DNA of 60,114 bases, counting the filler, from Squatina squatina (Eukaryota): NCBI GenBank assembly GCA_031763465.1. It is 3 parts of 3 records of this genome, joined end to end, with 100 filler letters (N's around TTAATTAATTAA, not from the genome) between each part and the next. Parts side by side here need not be neighbours in the genome. Positions count along the whole stretch, not along the records: positions 17,236 to 45,841 come from JARFOE010000073.1; positions 45,942 to 60,114 come from JARFOE010000120.1; 1 more part is not named here. The stretch is one strand, 5' to 3'. The notes beneath the pieces are model-generated. The model ran no database searches. It saw only the letters and a list, made by a program, of their open reading frames with translations, and was not told where the DNA came from. The position numbers were made by a program, and so were the translations under genes. Shown piece by piece: positions 34,716-46,432 of this stretch (positions are counted from its first letter, which is position 1; each line of letters opens with the position of its first letter).

Positions 34716-37700
34716 GTTAATTTGTTCGTTGGCTTAAAAAAATATTTTTTCAATCTGCATTTGGCCCTCAGTGTTTTAATAATGCAAATATAATGGCTGT
34801 ACATAGCCAGCGCTTGTGTTGTATTCATGCCAGTAACATTTTTACAGCTATGCCAAGACACAAATGAGAATCTGACTGGAGTAAGTACATCAACATCTTT
34901 TCACAACCAGGATCTAATTTGTATTGGAGCAGCTGCCGGTTTTCTCAACTTGAGAAAGAAAATTTAGCTTTAGTTAAGCCATTGTCAGTTTTGGAATACA
35001 AACAGGGGTAAGATCTCTGCAGGATTGTTAACGTGAGAAACTGGGGGAAGGGAGGGGGAGAAACCTGCCCCGCTGACTGCAACACAGACATATGTATAAC
35101 TATTTGTAGGAGAGACTGGAAAATCAATAAACCTTCAATGAAGATTTTATAGGATTTCCCATTTGCCCTGCAGAACCTTCTGGATTTCAAGAGTGGAATA
35201 CCCCTATGAAATACGTCATAATAGTATAGCACAATTAATGAGCAATATACCCAGGATTTCTGAAGGAGCGGGATGTAGATTAGTCAGAATTAGCTGTGAT
35301 GACCTGTAGTGCAGCATACAGTTATAAAATGCACATAAAAGATAATTTGACAGAACACTCTTAACGATATTGGGCCTGCTGAAGGAGGCAATAGCTAATC
35401 TCACAAAACATACTACAATCAAGAAATACCACCACAAACCTGTCTCCAAGTGCTGTATTCTGTCTCAAATGGCACAGAAGGGGGCCATTAAGCCCACTGT
35501 GCCTTTGCCAGCAATAATGGAAATCTTAATCTACTGACAGAGGAACTATGGTAAAAGGATCCCACCGTTTTGCTTTTAAAGTGGCAATGATTAAGGCTAC
35601 CACTGCCGCGAGTCATTACGTGAATGAAATCAGAAGTGTTGTCACAACGCACACTCCTGCTTCCTGGAAGTGACTTGTAAGACAGATTCTTAACTTGGCC
35701 GAGTTTTCTCACCCTAAGCGTTGCATCCACTTACATGCACTTACGTATAAAATTCTTCCGCAGGAGAGGTGGAGTGCTTTGTCCAGGTGATGTTATCTTT
35801 TAGCAAGTAGTTGGTACAGTTTTTAGTGTTCCATACATTATTACAGCTGGTCCATGGGAGCTCAGAAGTAAANNNNNNNNNNNNNNNNNNNNNNNNNNNN
35901 NNNNNNNNNNNNNNNNNNNNNNNNNNNNNNNNNNNNNNNNNNNNNNNNNNNNNNNNNNNNNNNNNNNNNNNNATTTAAATGCATCAAGCATTTGTATGCT
36001 ATTATTGTGAACAGTAATTTCTAGACTATACTTCATGACACACTATCTCGCACAATGTGCTTAAAACTGGGATTTTTTTTGCTGGTGAATGCCAAAGAAA
36101 TGCTACAGTATAACAAGTTACAAATTTGTCAAACATACACCAAACTCCAGAGTCAATATTGTACAGTACACATGACTGAATCCATCACATTGCCACAGAT
36201 TGTGATCATAGCTCTATTTGTGGTTATTTATCTTTCCATATGCAGTGCGCACATAATACTTTCCAAAAGTATGCCTCGTAAGTACTAACAGTTTCCAGAT
36301 CTTCCAAATTTAGGTTAAATTCTGTTTTTCCCTTGACTACATCAGCCTGACAATGGGATTGTATAATTCTAATTTAACCTCTTCACTACCTGGGAATTTC
36401 ACTTTAATTTAATACTATTTCTTAGAATCTTTTTCGATCTATTTTCGGTGCAAGTGCATTATAAATGTTTTTCTAAGATGTAAAGAATGCTTGTTGTAAT
36501 GAAACAAATGCTTTAAAACATCCAGAATTGAATTTTAATAGAGGCAACATATTTGTGGTCAGAAATGAAGGGGTTCAAGTTGATGTTCTGTTATATCAGG
36601 CCTGTNNNNNNNNNNNNNNNNNNNNNNNNNNNNNNNNNNNNNNNNNNNNNNNNNNNNNNNNNNNNNNNNNNNNNNNNNNNNNNNNNNNNNNNNNNNNNNN
36701 NNNNNAGTTTACTTAAGAAGTGGAATTAAGGTTTGCATCTCCCATGACAGGCATCTTTGTGTTTTTTCTAAGACTGCCAATTAGTGCAGAATTAAGGCAG
36801 GAATGTCTAATCTTTTGGAGTCGAGGGCAGATGTGTGTGTGAGTGGTCTGTGCATACGTAAACTATTTTAAGAGTCTGGTGGAATCATGATTAAATACCA
36901 CATCCAACTTCCAATCTATTTTACATTTCTTGGACCAAGCCATTTCCAGTCGAGTTTAAAACTCTGGTTTAAAACAAAAAGCTTTGACATTGTAGAAAGA
37001 TTGCACCAATGTAAGAAAGGATTGATCAGCTGGCATTCTATGTCGATCAATCCTGTTTCTTAACCAGTGAAAGTCACGGCTGGATTTTCAGCTTGCCAAC
37101 TGTGTGCGCATGTTGTCCAGAGATGGTTTACCTCTTGCTGTTCAAGGGAGGGTAAAGTAGGCCAGGTCAAAGCAAGGCATTTCAGTGCATCTCTCCAAGT
37201 ACTTTCAGCACTCGTATGTACCCAGTGANNNNNNNNNNNNNNNNNNNNNNNNNNNNNNNNNNNNNNNNNNNNNNNNNNNNNNNNNNNNNNNNNNNNNNNN
37301 NNNNNNNNNNNNNNNNNNNNNNNNNNNNTCAACAAGAACAGGTTTTACTCAGTTACCCCTCCTTCACAGCTAATGTACTTAAGACCTGGTATAATCCTTG
37401 TCCATTTTTGAGCCTTGCCAATACCTCTATCTCTCTTTTTATTTTGAATTACCAAAAGTGGATAGCATACCTCAAGTCTGATCTCACTATTGCTTTTTAC
37501 GGTATCAGTATTGAATTTTCAATCTATTGATCTACTCATTTATCATTACATTCTATTTGCATTGGCAACTGCTGTTACACAATGCAGCAACACTATCAAC
37601 ATTTCGTCAACTCCAAATCCTTTCCTTGTTTTACTGGCATACTTTGTACTGACATTAAAGTCACTATTTATTAATACTGTGATTGGCTACAAACTAGAAA

Positions 37701-37796
37701 CCTTTTTGCTTTCTCCATTAGCTTCATCCCTCTCCCTGGTACGTTCCTTAAAACAATTTAGTTCTTCTGGCTTCTTAAGATTGGTAGGTTACTCAC

Positions 37797-38075
37797 ATCG
37801 AATGTCCAGAAACACAGTTTTGTTGATGTTGTAATTTTTGTTTAAATGGCAGCTGAAAGTAGCTTCATTGTCATCTTCTGTGATTGGATCGACACAGACA
37901 GTGCTAACATTGATCCGATTCATAGGCTTCAAGTTAATTTCTCTGTCTCCCCGAAGCCAGACTAACTCTTCATCCTGGGTGTTGTTGACTGCTGTGCATT
38001 TCAATGAAAGCGAATCTGAGATGTTCATGATGATTCTGTAGTCAGTTGTGATCTCATTAATAGCAATGCCTACAC
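37797..38075 (-). CDS. TMIGD1: TMIGD1 first Ig-domain exon
   Basis: tccag| acceptor and T|gtgagt donor, 279-nt symmetrical phase 1-1 exon. SLSLKC...TQDEELVWLR...INLKPMNRINVSTVCVDPITEDDNEATFSCHL resembles TMIGD1 Ig1 (EEELLWYR...KINSSSVCV...ENDNGISFTC). Position and strand are syntenic. Confidence 0.9.
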
Positions 38076-39158
38076 CTGGATAAAGGAAGAACAGCATTAT
38101 TTTCCATACATGTAACAGGAAAAGTGTCAACTAAGGTATCACTCTACTGTTAAGTCCAGTGGTTAATACAGTAATATTGAGATTTCTACCTCATGGAAAT
38201 ACAATGAAAGTCTGCACAAGACAGCATTGTTATTTTGATAATTGAATTTAGCCAAGCATGAAGGGCCAGCTTGTCCTGAAAAAGAAAAGTATCCTTAAAG
38301 GAATGCTGTGTAGCCAGTTCTTTCATAGCCTGCATACATCAGAAAAAAGAAATTCTGCAACTAAAGCCTATTTGATGCTATTCTCATAAAGGGAGATCCA
38401 ACAGAACCAATAAGTTGACATGTGGAGCATAATTCAGTGGGATAGACAGTGGACCTCTTTGTGCCCAGGTGGAAAATGGGGGCAAAAAGCACCAATTTTG
38501 CAGGGCTACGTCCCGTGCCAAAGATACCTGAAATACGTCCAAACGCACTGGAGGCCTCCTGAAACAGACCCAACGCCTGCTTTAGGATCCCTTGCTGAAT
38601 TGGGCTGCTCTGAACAGAACAGGTACTGGCCTTACTCCGCTCAGGTTTTCCTGCCATAGATATGGCTGCAATCATCACCATCCACGTCCCCCCCCCATCC
38701 CCCCAGTGAACTTGATGGTAAAATAATAAGGGTTCCCAAATTGATTCCTAATCGAGGTTCAATGCATATTTGAATGAAGCCAATATTTTTCCTTTCTTGG
38801 TGCTGGCGAAATTTGAGAATGGCACAAACAATCCCATTAGAGAGCAAAAATGCCAGGACTCTGCAAGGTAAATTAATATGCATAATTCCATTACCTAGAT
38901 GCTGCACTCTCTCTATTTAATGGGTATGTGGTACTGGTGATGCTGATACTCGTACTGCAACAATACTAAAAGAATCTCTCTATTTTGCACACTTCTAATT
39001 GTCCTGTAAGAAAAGTGGATATATTTGATTCCTTTCTCACAGTGGAAAAGTAATGCAATTAATTCAAGCTGTTGTACAGATATGTTCAAAGAGTGATCCA
39101 ATACATAAATGGCTGGCTTTTATCTAAGCTTATATATTTTATTTGCTATGCCTGTAAG

Positions 39159-39209
39159 GGTGCCAGATTGGAAGATGAAGCAGAAGAACTGATGATCCAC
39201 TTGATGAAA
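39159..39209 (+). other. Candidate small exon (coding GARLEDEAEELMIHLMK or 5' UTR) of the uncharacterised + strand gene
   Basis: cctgtaag| acceptor, purine-rich 51-nt body and AAA|gtaaat donor. No homology recognised. Confidence 0.25.
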
Positions 39210-39637
39210 GTAAATGTAATTCTCTGCAATAAAAGTGCTGATAGTTTATGCAAATGGAGAGGGAGAAACTATAAAATTGTTGTTTTAAAAGCTAATACTA
39301 TGCATATGAATTTCATTCAAGTTCTGGTCTTAATTCATATCTTTCTCTTTATATTCTATCTTTTAATAGTTTTTAACAATCAGTTCACTGTCACAGGTCT
39401 GATAGTACATCCATAAATTTATCCCTCTGTCTGAATGGAACACAAAAATGATTTTGCTACTCACAGGTTATGTGGTCAGTATCGCTCATAAAATATTTTA
39501 TCACACTGGGTTCCATGTGGAATCCTTCTCGTTATCTGCACCTGAAATTTTGTGCAATAATTTTACTATAAATAACCAATGTCACTTGACATTTTCACTG
39601 GGGGTAAAATATTCATCCATTATATATGATGTTACCA

Positions 39638-39735
39638 TAAAAAATAGAAAATGCTGGAAATGAACAGCAGGTCCATCGACATCTGTAAAGGGAAGAAATA
39701 GCTTTGTGTTTTAGGTGAAGCGCCTGTCAGTACTG
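39638..39735. mobile_element. Diverged copy of the same repeat family, opposite arm
   Basis: aaaaatagaaaatgctggaaatgaacagcaggtc...catctgt matches the left arm at 144-186. Confidence 0.55.
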
Positions 39736-40032
39736 TGGAAATTTCAGACGAGCATATTAACCATTCATACACTAGCATCCCAGTGCAATTTCAACTCTAA
39801 TATGATTTTCAAGGGGAATTTTTCTTTGTTGAAAAAAAATCCAAAAGGGTTTCATTCCTGCTTTTTGTAATGTGAAGAAAATGTTGTTCCCTAAATTTGG
39901 GATCTTACTAACAGAGTAACTTATCTAGTTCTCATAATGTGCTTGATTTTGAATGGAAGATGAGAGCTGCAGCAAATAATCTGTATTTGAATTGTGGCAG
40001 TAGCTGTGGATGCCAAGTTCAGAGTCAAAAAA

Positions 40033-40122
40033 ATGACTTCAGCTGATAGCAATAGGTTTGCTGAAGCATCTCAACATAGTCCTAAAAGCCCGGGCTTGGA
40101 CTTCATATCTTTGCCCAGATCG
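40033..40122 (+). CDS. Candidate first coding exon of the uncharacterised methyltransferase-like gene
   Basis: aaaATG start, 30 open codons MTSADSNRFAEASQHSPKSPGLDFISLPRS ending at a TCG|gtgag donor in phase 0. Possible acceptor tggcag| at 40000. No homology recognised. Confidence 0.35.
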
Positions 40123-40954
40123 GTGAGCTGAATTTGGATTGTGCAGTCTGAGCATCTGCAGTGTAGCTTATTTTCCAAGATGCATCAATACAATTCAGTT
40201 AGCTGTATGAATAGGTTATTTCCTTTAGCTTTTATCATTTTCTGCACAGTAACTTTTCTTCAAATGATTATAAAGAAGAAAAGGACAAGTTTCAAAACTT
40301 GGATAAAATGTGTCACATGTGTATGAAAAAGTAACAGAATTAAATGTCTCTTGTAGTTTTTGTTATGTTTAATAGACTTTAGGAAGTATATTGAGTTGAA
40401 GGTGAAGGAGAGAGAGAGAAAGGGACAGAGAGAAAAGCACACAGATACTGTCCTTCCTCATTCTAATTTGATTTAAAAAAACAAGCAGGCTGAATTTTGA
40501 AAACAAACAGAGCGTCACTGCGGATGAGAAATTCCCAGTTTATTTTCCTGAATTAGAGTTTTTTCTCTGCTTTTTTTTTTTGCCTTTCCAAGTAAGTTTT
40601 ATGGCTGGAATGGATCAGGAGTGTACAAGTTTGAAATGCTGTGTTGATGTAATGGATCTGATGACATTTTCTTATCCTTTATTTTGTATGTTTATGTTGG
40701 GAAGGTAGTCTGGGGTGTAGTTGGAGTTGGAGGGCTGCTGGGGTATGATTATTTTAGGAGGAGAGGTCCTTAGGTGGCATGGCATGGGGGAGGGGGTTCA
40801 GGGTCTTCGAACTTGTGGAATGGGGTGCTGCGGGGAGGGGGGGGGGGAATTTNNNNNNNNNNNNNNNNNNNNNNNNNNNNNNNNNNNNNNNNNNNNNNNN
40901 NNNNNNNNNNNNNNNNNNNNNNNNNNNNNNNNNNNNNNNNNNNNNNNNNNNNTG

Positions 40955-41440
40955 AAGCACCAACAAAAAAGTAACTAGGATGCTGGGTTATATTTCAAAA
41001 TCAGTTGAGTTCAGATTGGTCAAAGGTCGTGTTGAAGTTATACAGTGCCCTGAGTACAGGTTATATCTGGATTACTGCATACACTTCTGATCACTGTGAA
41101 ATCGGGTCCATCAGGACCTGGGGACAATGTCAAGGTGAGCAAAGAAACTGATCCATGGTGTTATGGAGAAAAGTTATGGAGGACAACTTGATCAGCTTGA
41201 GCTCCTCAGGCTCGAAAAGAGAGATCTGAGAGGGAATTTTATAGGCATATATGGTACGTGGATTGAGAAAGTAAATCCAGAGAGTACTTTCAGGGCAGGG
41301 CACCAAATTTAGAGGGCACAGATTCGGGGTTCCTAAAGGCAAGTTTAAGACAGGTGTCAGGAAGTATTTCTTTAGAGTTGGTCAGGAAATTGCCAGGAAG
41401 GATGGTTGAGTGGGGATATTGGATTAATTTAAGGAAAGCC
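40955..41440 (+). mobile_element. Degenerate CR1 ORF2 3' region
   Basis: Remnants of RMLGYI...LKLYSAL...LDYC...SYxxRL..L.L..LEKRxLRG...RGHxFxxxKGKFKT.VRKYFF. Confidence 0.65.
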
Positions 41441-41554
41441 ATACACTTTAAAGGTTAATATCCTGGAAGAATGACGTCAAATACTGAAGGACTGAACATT
41501 ATTTGTGATTTTAACATGCCGTGTTTAAACTCGCTTATGAATTTTTTTACACAG

Positions 41555-41659
41555 GGAACAGGATACTGGGAGTATCTGCTTCAGAGCCACGGAGTCGATC
41601 TAATATCATTTGATACAAATACTGTTTATCCGCCTGAGATGCGATATTCAGAGATTTTG
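41555..41659 (+). CDS. Exon of uncharacterised class I SAM-dependent methyltransferase-like gene (motif I and post-I region)
   Basis: ttttttacacag| acceptor and TTG|gtatgt donor, 105 nt in phase 0. GTGYWEYLLQSHGVDLISFDTNTVYPPEMRYSEIL fits a Gly-rich loop, a helix, and a beta2 strand ending in Asp. Confidence 0.8.
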
Positions 41660-42160
41660 GTATGTGCAACACTTATACAGGATGACTAGAGTCGTGAATG
41701 AGGCGGGGTTTTTATCTGTTACGCTGTTTATATATGAGAGGTGTTTACATCTAAAAAATAACAGACGATCAGGGGTGACTTACAGACATTTATGCATTTC
41801 TTTTTCTGGTTCATATTGTTTGCCTTAACTTTTCAGACTACCGCCTCAGACAATTGTACCTTTGTAACTTTATTTTAGTTCAAAAGAAAAAGGCTAATTT
41901 GCCAATTACTCAGATTTGCAAAAGGAAATCTAAGCCCCAAACAGACCTGCTTCGACATAAATTGTAGACTTCATTTTTGCACATTACAATGTCAATCTGC
42001 ATTTATAGAACACCTTTAATGGAGTATATTGTCCCGAGGTGCTTCTCAGAGGCCAAGCAGCAGTGGACGAGTTAGGGGAGGTGAACAGAGGCTTGCCAAA
42101 AGGCACGTATAAAGGTAGGGAGGAAGTTAGCAAAGCTGAGGGCATAAGAGAGAGAGTTAA

Positions 42161-42383
42161 AGGGGGCAAAATTCCCTTATTTTCTCACCCCGCTAGTGCC
42201 TCCAAAGGGCCCTAACGGGGAGTAAATCAAAAATTGGCGGTAGGAGGCGGTCATCTCGCCTCCCGGGAAATTGCCCGGGGAATTTCGTGGCGGGTTGGCA
42301 CGCGACATCATCAAATCACTCGCTGACCCTTTTGCGCTGTGACATTTCAACCCCGTGTACGCCCATAGGTAGAAATCCCCCGC
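42161..42383. mobile_element. Partial copy related to the 31971 MITE, in an intron of the methyltransferase-like gene
   Basis: gggggcaaaattc...caccccgctagtgcctc...ggcggtcatct...gcgacatcatcaa...gctgaccctt is colinear with 31971-32170. Confidence 0.6.
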
Positions 42384-42484
42384 NNNNNNNNNNNNNNNNN
42401 NNNNNNNNNNNNNNNNNNNNNNNNNNNNNNNNNNNNNNNNNNNNNNNNNNNNNNNNNNNNNNNNNNNNNNNNNNNNNNNNNNNT

Positions 42485-42775
42485 TCGACGTTTTCTCTTG
42501 ATTGCTTGAGTTATTTCAAAGGGGATACCATCCTTCATGTTGGGGAGTTACTGGGTGAAACGCTCTCAGCCAATCACTGGGGACAGTCATCGTCTCGTGA
42601 TTTCCAGCTGATGCTTGCAGAAGATTTCTGCTGTCTGAGCAGAATTAAACTCCCCAACTGGCCAGGGCACTTAGACTCCTTAACCATGTGGAAAAGAAAG
42701 AGCGCTCAACCAGTTGTGTGTGATGGAGCACATTTTCATTATGTGAACACTAAGTGCAGAGTGTATTTATCATGA
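42485..42775 (+). CDS. Terminal exon (5' part in gap) of uncharacterised methyltransferase-like gene
   Basis: Open 96 codons to TGA: STFSLDCLSYFKGDTILHVGELLGETLSANHWGQSSSRDFQLMLAEDFCCLSRIKLPNWPGHLDSLTMWKRK... The motifs CLxxFxGDTIxHVGE and LPxWPxxxDxLTxWxR match my recollection of a family that also carries GAGTGYW. Confidence 0.8.
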   Translation, partial: STFSLDCLSYFKGDTILHVGELLGETLSANHWGQSSSRDFQLMLAEDFCCLSRIKLPNWPGHLDSLTMWKRKSAQPVVCDGAHFHYVNTKCRVYLS

Positions 42776-43386
42776 GTAATTTTGATAAATTAGACCATGA
42801 GTCATTCTCCATCTGGGAAAAGCTGTCTATCATGTACTTTATTTAAGAGGCCAGCAAAATACTGACACTGAAGCTGCTACTTTGAACCAATTTGAAGCAG
42901 CAGGATATGTACTTTTGTTAGACTCTTAATGAAAAGCAATACATAAATCGACTACAAACAGACTTATCAATGTGTTGGAAAACTAAGATGTTTGTGATGC
43001 TGGAAACATAATCTACTAGTGGTTAATGTGCTTTAAGCCTCATGGCCAGTTGCCTTTTTATGGTTCATTTCCCAGAACCCAATAACCTGCTATGCTTGTC
43101 TGCTGTATTCTATAAACTGGTAGAAAATAAGTTTGATGAGACCCTCCAGTCCAGTAGTTCTGAAACTTTAGAACAAGCGATTGCTCATATGCAACTTGAG
43201 ACAAGCAGAAGGGAAACATTTTATGACTTTTATTTGAATATTTTAATAACCCAAGTTATTGCGATGAGATGTTAAATCAATCACAGTACACAGGTTGTTG
43301 ATCTACAACAGAATGCAGTACCAAGTGTTCGATAGATTTCCTCTGCAGCCCCTCTCCGATGCTCTGTTGACGTGTTGGAAAACGGT

Positions 43387-43534
43387 TTACTGCTGAATGC
43401 GGCGGAGTGATTGAATCTGGAAGGTCTGGGCATGGGATCCCCACTCTCTCCAGTGCTTGTATTCTCCAGCATGACGATCACATTCCATGATGTACTGGAA
43501 GCCACGGTATCCTGGGTACTGGTAGCACACCCAT
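43387..43534 (-). CDS. CRYBA1: Beta-crystallin A1/A3 terminal exon (Greek key 4), not in ORF track in this frame
   Basis: tttttcctgccccag| acceptor. (A)[53 protein letters not shown] and [11 protein letters not shown] distinguish it from CRYBA2 and CRYBA4. Confidence 0.95.
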
Positions 43535-43814
43535 CTGGGGCAGGAAAAAAGCATACTTTGTGTAAGTGAACTTTGAATCCTTGTTAAGTTTCATAAGTAT
43601 GATTTAAATATTAATGCAATTGAATATATTAAATAAAAAGATAATATAAATTACTGCCCATATTTTGCATTATCTCAAGTTGTTAATACCAACAGATTTT
43701 ATTGTTCTGATTCAGCATTTATCCACCAAGCAATGGTACTAAAAGCAACCCTTTCAAACCTCCAGGCCCACAACATTCAAATGGAAGAAACCAGGGCATA
43801 TAACTGCGAATAGG

Positions 43815-43933
43815 ACAACAACAACTTGTATTTTATATAGCGCCTTTAACATAATAAAATGTCCCAAGGCGCTTCACAGGAGTATTATGAGACAAAAAAA
43901 AATTGACACCGAACCACATAAGGAGAAATTAGG
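43815..43933 (-). mobile_element. L2-clade LINE 3' tail
   Basis: (aac)n-ended tail acaacaacaacttgtattttatatagcgcctttaac...cccaaggcgcttcacagg. Confidence 0.7.
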
Positions 43934-45841
43934 NNNNNNNNNNNNNNNNNNNNNNNNNNNNNNNNNNNNNNNNNNNNNNNNNNNNNNNNNNNNNNNNNNN
44001 NNNNNNNNNNNNNNNNNNNNNNNNNNNNNNNNNTGAAGGGACAGGGCGAGTTTGGTGACATTTCTGGGTTATTCGATGGATTCAGAGCCCTCTGGAAATG
44101 CTAAACTGGATGAGCGTTAATCCCTCCTGCCCTCAATCTTCCCTTTCTCATATCCAACCGCATTTCAGCATTTGAGCCAAAAGTCATTCTCTACCTGCAG
44201 AGAGCATCGCCGACACATCGATTCTAATCAAAAATCGCATTCTCTCCCAAACCGGAGGAAATGAACATGGGGAAATGAAATAACTGGGAAGAGTTCCCCC
44301 TCCCCCCAGTCCCGGTTAATGTAACGAGATTCTTGCTCAATTCCAGCCTTTGAAATATTCTGATGAATTTTCCAAAACCCGAATCTAATATTCTCTCTTG
44401 ATTCAGAAATGTTAATCCCGGAGTAATGCAGACAATGAATTTAACCCACTTTCCCCCAAATGTGGCTGGAGTTAGCAAACATCCACTAACCTTGCATCCA
44501 CCGCCAGATTCCGAGCCAGCACAGTTTGCAATATTAATTATTCAAGCCTGTGCTATTTATGTCAGAAAGGGGTTGAACATCTTGTCGAGGTACCTACGCA
44601 CATTGAAGGTGAAAACTGAAGTCAGACATCCGCCCTCAATAAATCGACAATTCTGTAACTTACCGGCGAATAATCAGCGCAAGTACACCCGGCACAGGGA
44701 GGCAGTTGGAATAGAAATCAACTCAAAGGTGACGGAAGCAGAGAATTCGGACGTTAAGACTAAAAAAACCAAAGTAGTGACAATCCGAGGGGGCGGCCTC
44801 ACGCCTTGACGTGAGCAGCGCATTCACTCCGCATCATCCTCACACCAAGAATAGATGCAGCATCTGAATGAGAAAAATGGAAATTTATCTCCAGGGAATT
44901 GATCAAATTGGATATTTTCTTCCGGTCTGAAGTAAACTGTAATTTTTGAAGCAGAAACAGCAAACCTGATAATGATCAACATGCCCCTAGATGTACAGGA
45001 CTTTACTGGATCCAGCTAAGCTTTCTCCTTAAACTGCAATAACCCAACTTGACTTTTTTTAAACATGAAAGCACGACTTACGCGCCAGTTTGAATCTTCA
45101 TGGATCCAACTTCATTGTTGCACCAGCCCATGGCTTGCAAAGAGGGATAGTCATCACACATCTCCCACTGTCTACCAATGAAGTTTTCCTTCTCAAAAAT
45201 GGTAATTTTGGACTCTTTATGGTGCTAAAGGGAAATTATATTTATACATTGAGTACATTTGTAGATGGTGCAATACATTTGCAAGTGGACTAAACAGTCA
45301 ACTTTGAAGTAGTCACAGTATACTTCAACTTCCTTTTTAAGACTTAAGCTTCTCTAACCTTTCCTCGTAGCACACCACTTTACACTGGAGATTAATCTTG
45401 TTGCTCCTGTGCCCTTTTAAATTCAGTTGCATTGTGGCACGCTGACTGCATCTAAATACAGTATCACAAGTGTGCCCCGACAAGTGCATTGTAAAGTTTT
45501 AACATAACTGCTGCAGACTTCTGGTTTGGATGTATATTTGAGCACAGTTAATTTTTCAATTGCGTTGCAACACCAGATATTGATGATGACATTACTCTAC
45601 CATTACTGCCAGATCCCTTTCCATGTCTCTCTCTACTAATACAATTTCTAAAAACTGATATAAAGATGAGATCTCAAAAAGATTAACTGTGTAAACTTCT
45701 GTTTAATGAGTAACATTATATAGGCAATCACCCTCTACACATTCCCTTATGTATCGGCATGATTTGCCTGCAAGCCTGGTGTTAATGCTGATTGCAGCAG
45801 CTGCTTACACATGGATTCACCATGGTAACCATGATAGTTGC

Positions 45842-45941
45842 NNNNNNNNNNNNNNNNNNNNNNNNNNNNNNNNNNNNNNNNNNNNTTAATTAATTAANNN
45901 NNNNNNNNNNNNNNNNNNNNNNNNNNNNNNNNNNNNNNNNN
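45842..45941. other. Artificial scaffold linker N44-TTAATTAATTAA-N44
   Basis: Same construct as 17136-17235. It separates the CRYBA1 scaffold from the KDM2B/ORAI1 scaffold. Confidence 0.95.
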
Positions 45942-46325
45942 TTGAACTCAACCTCTGTCATAACTCAAAACAGAAAAAGGATAATTCATGTGTGAACAGT
46001 CAAATGGACATATCATCTGAAAGAAAATAACTTCTTTTATGACTGAGCTCTGTGAATACAACTCACATGACCGGTTCAGGCTTCCCATGCAATTGATCCC
46101 ATTACCCGGACTTAACAATAGTTTCTGGAGCAGAACTCCTGAATAAGAATCAGTGTGTCTGCTCTCACACGGCTGCACCATTAATTTAATGCAAAATCTC
46201 ATAATTGGATACTTCCGTAAATCCTAAAAATAAAATACACCACGATTCAGCCATGTGGTATTATGGAGAAGGTAAAAAAGATTCCAAATGTTTGGTTTTT
46301 TTTCAAAAATAATATTCTCGCTTAC

Positions 46326-46432
46326 TTCTGAACTGTGGGATATTTCATTTCTGCGATCGCATTTGTGGAGTCCATTTGCTTCTCTTTTAAATGCCGTGGC
46401 CACATGTTGTCCACCCAGTCCACCAAATCCAC
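46326..46432 (-). CDS. KDM2B: KDM2B (FBXL10) exon, JmjC region
   Basis: gtttcag| acceptor and AA|gtaag donor, 107 nt. [35 protein letters not shown](K). Confidence 0.93.

Noticed and set aside
21000-37700. Apparent absence of EFCAB5, SLC6A4 and BLMH, which lie between these genes in human
   Set aside because: No exons were recognised, but the many unsized gaps make gene loss uninferable.
43281-43505. 74-aa [14 protein letters not shown]...
   Set aside because: It is an alternative frame of the CRYBA1 terminal exon.
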